Virus record (IMG/VR): IMGVR_UViG_3300025654_000042
Span: 1-27,048 of that record
Direction: 5' to 3' (one strand)
Source of the DNA: a virus
Taxonomy: Duplodnaviria > Caudoviricetes
DNA: 27,048 bases
Shown here in pieces: positions 25,377-27,048 of the stretch (positions are counted from its first letter, which is position 1; the number at the start of each line of letters is the position of its first letter). The notes under the pieces were generated by a model. That model was not told the DNA's origin. It ran no database searches and saw only the letters and a program-made list of their open reading frames with translations. A program made the translations under genes and the position numbers.

Positions 25377-27048
25377 GTTGTTAATTTTATTAGTTCCGCA
25401 TCTGATAGTGCTTTTGTGTAAACTTGTATGTCTTTGGTGCTACCATAGAAAGGCGTTGCATTTGGAACACCGTTACCATACGCAAGCCGATTAAGTTCTA
25501 CCGGGGGTAACCCTGATGTATCCGTAGAAGCCTTAACCCCATTTAAAAATAAACTAAAATTGTTTTTTCTATATCGTAAAGCTACTTTATTAAAATCTGT
25601 AATATCTGCGGTAGAGGACAAGATAGCTACAGTAGAGCCACCACTACTAACAAAACAAGTGATTGTTCCTGTTGAGTTTGATGAAATTCCTATAATAACC
25701 CTATTACTTGTTGTTCCATTTGACAAAGCAATATACCTTGAATTAGAGTAAACATTTTCTGCATTTATCTCTACATACAATACCCCTTCCTCACTGTTTA
25801 TTTCTGGTGTTGCGTTTATACACGTTTCTTGGTTACGTGTAACCGTAGTTCCCGATGTTGGGATATACGAAGTTGCATAGGATTGCTGTTCTAATTGTGC
25901 GCCCCAAATGTAAACACCTTGAGCGCTAGTTGAATTGTATGCAGAGTATATCCTACAAGCCGTTATTGTTGTAGATGTAAAATTAAGTTCCAATCTAACC
26001 CAGCCATCAACAAGCGGTTGAGCTGAAAAGGATTCCGCAACTCCTGAAGATGCAGAGACAAAGCTGTTTGTTGAGAATGTATAAGTATATACTGCATTAA
26101 CAAATCCAGCTCCACCAATATCTGTACCTTGCACCCTCAATGATATTGTATCAGAAAGTTCTTTCTTTACGAAAAGACTATAAGATACATCTCCTGAAGC
26201 TGACAGACTCCGATTAATGTTAGCGAATGAGCTTACTCCATTTCCTGACAACAAGGTAGCCCCACTTGTTCCATCAGGGGAAGTAAAGCCACTTGTTAAA
26301 ACTATACTATTACCATTCCACTGCGTAAAATCCTCAGAATAAGGAACCAAATTCGTACTCTGCGGTTCTAGTAAAAATGCCTCTGCTCCCGTTGAGTAAT
26401 CTAATCTAGGAGTGTTAGTTGCAGTTATTACTTCCTTTATAGATACGTTGTCTATTGAGCCTATGAATATACCTCCCGTTGGTTGGACATAAACAGTATT
26501 GCCATTAGCAATATAATCTAATTCAAAATTTCCATCAGAAGATGCATCTATCCTAACGGATGATGTACCTGAACCCGTATAAACTCTTATAGTTCCACTA
26601 ACATAATTAGAAACGCTGAAAGATAGTCTATATCTACTTGAAACAGTTTGTTGTACAGGTTGATACGTAAAACTCGCTCCATTTATATTTAGTTTACTCC
26701 CCGAAACAGTATGTCCTACACCTAAAGTCCAACCCGTACTGCCATCACTAAAATCTCCATTAGTAACCAACTCTGGTCCTATCTCATTAGTACTTTTTAT
26801 TAACCCCTGTGCATCTACGTATGTAGCCTCAGAGCCTCTAGCAAATGTGAAATCAGTTGCTATCGTATCAAAGTCTAAACTAAATGTTGGATCAGTTGGT
26901 GTTGGGTAAGTAAGGTCAGCAAGTTCTTGGTCGCTTAAAGCCTCTTTCCAAACTGCAAGTGCTTTTGTTTTGCCGAAGAAAGAAGACGTGTTATTTGGTC
27001 TTTGAAATTCTAAAACATTCAACCCTATGGGCATAGTTGCATTTGTAT
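25373..27048 (-). CDS. Modular tail fibre/spike protein with carbohydrate-binding-like and LamG/ConA-like domains (5'-truncated)
   Basis: The frame stays open upstream of the track's Met (..TNATMPIG) to the window edge. Motifs FTFARGSEATYVD, ELVTNGDFSDG..GW...SIDNVSIKEV, PRLDY...LLEPQSTNL, WGAQLEQ.SYATSYIPT and a LamG-like C-terminus (FSLFLNG...IQVYTKALSDAEL). Confidence 0.75.
   Translation of the reverse strand, partial: TNATMPIGLNVLEFQRPNNTSSFFGKTKALAVWKEALSDQELADLTYPTPTDPTFSLDFDTIATDFTFARGSEATYVDAQGLIKSTNEIGPELVTNGDFSDGSTGWTLGVGHTVSGSKLNINGASFTYQPVQQTVSSRYRLSFSVSNYVSGTIRVYTGSGTSSVRIDASSDGNFELDYIANGNTVYVQPTGGIFIGSIDNVSIKEVITATNTPRLDYSTGAEAFLLEPQSTNLVPYSEDFTQWNGNSIVLTSGFTSPDGTSGATLLSGNGVSSFANINRSLSASGDVSYSLFVKKELSDTISLRVQGTDIGGAGFVNAVYTYTFSTNSFVSASSGVAESFSAQPLVDGWVRLELNFTSTTITACRIYSAYNSTSAQGVYIWGAQLEQQSYATSYIPTSGTTVTRNQETCINATPEINSEEGVLYVEINAENVYSNSRYIALSNGTTSNRVIIGISSNSTGTITCFVSSGGSTVAILSSTADITDFNKVALRYRKNNFSLFLNGVKASTDTSGLPPVELNRLAYGNGVPNATPFYGSTKDIQVYTKALSDAELIKLTT

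Noticed and set aside
89-25751. All plus-strand ORFs in the track (60-134 aa)
   Set aside because: They are antisense shadows of long minus-strand genes, with Ser/Leu/Phe-rich composition, mostly non-ATG starts and no recognisable motifs.
27032-27034. Met at 27034 as the tail fibre start
   Set aside because: The frame is open to the window edge and the Met lies within a repeated LamG-like domain.
1-27048. Stop-codon reassignment as in some crAss-like phages
   Set aside because: Genes are full length in the standard code. TAG (terL, 14671 gene) and TGA (fibre) act as real stops next to downstream starts or gaps.
1-27048. CRISPR array, tRNA, integrase/transposase, diversity-generating retroelement, intron or intein
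   Set aside because: No spaced repeats, cloverleaf, recombinase or reverse transcriptase motifs were seen. terL, portal and MCP are uninterrupted and of ordinary size. Intergenic gaps are under ~100 nt.

Overview
A dense block of same-direction (minus-strand), AT-rich genes forming the virion morphogenesis module of a tailed dsDNA phage. It is most likely a podovirus-type, crAss-like or related phage of Bacteroidota/Flavobacteriia. The host is inferred from SD-less A-rich translation starts and a Q-rule signal peptide. In transcription order (right to left): modular tail fibre/spike (5' end outside the window), several small genes including a secreted protein, a tandem GroES-like co-chaperonin, probable terS, terL, portal, scaffold, major capsid protein, head/tail ring proteins, a tail stabilization/nozzle protein split over two genes, and three probable ejection proteins. 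The last of these is a >1236-aa ORF missing from the ORF track, with an HExxH zincin motif. The most unusual signals are two apparent overprinted genes in the +1 frame of core genes: a 186-aa lipoprotein-like ORF inside the terL ATPase domain, and a 44-aa basic MPFKSQAQKKWMW... peptide inside the scaffold gene. The window also has a 30-bp motif repeated in two intergenic gaps (candidate phage late promoter), pentamer-periodic leaders and a possible frameshift/pseudoknot element. All product calls come from reading motifs and gene order; no database search was run.
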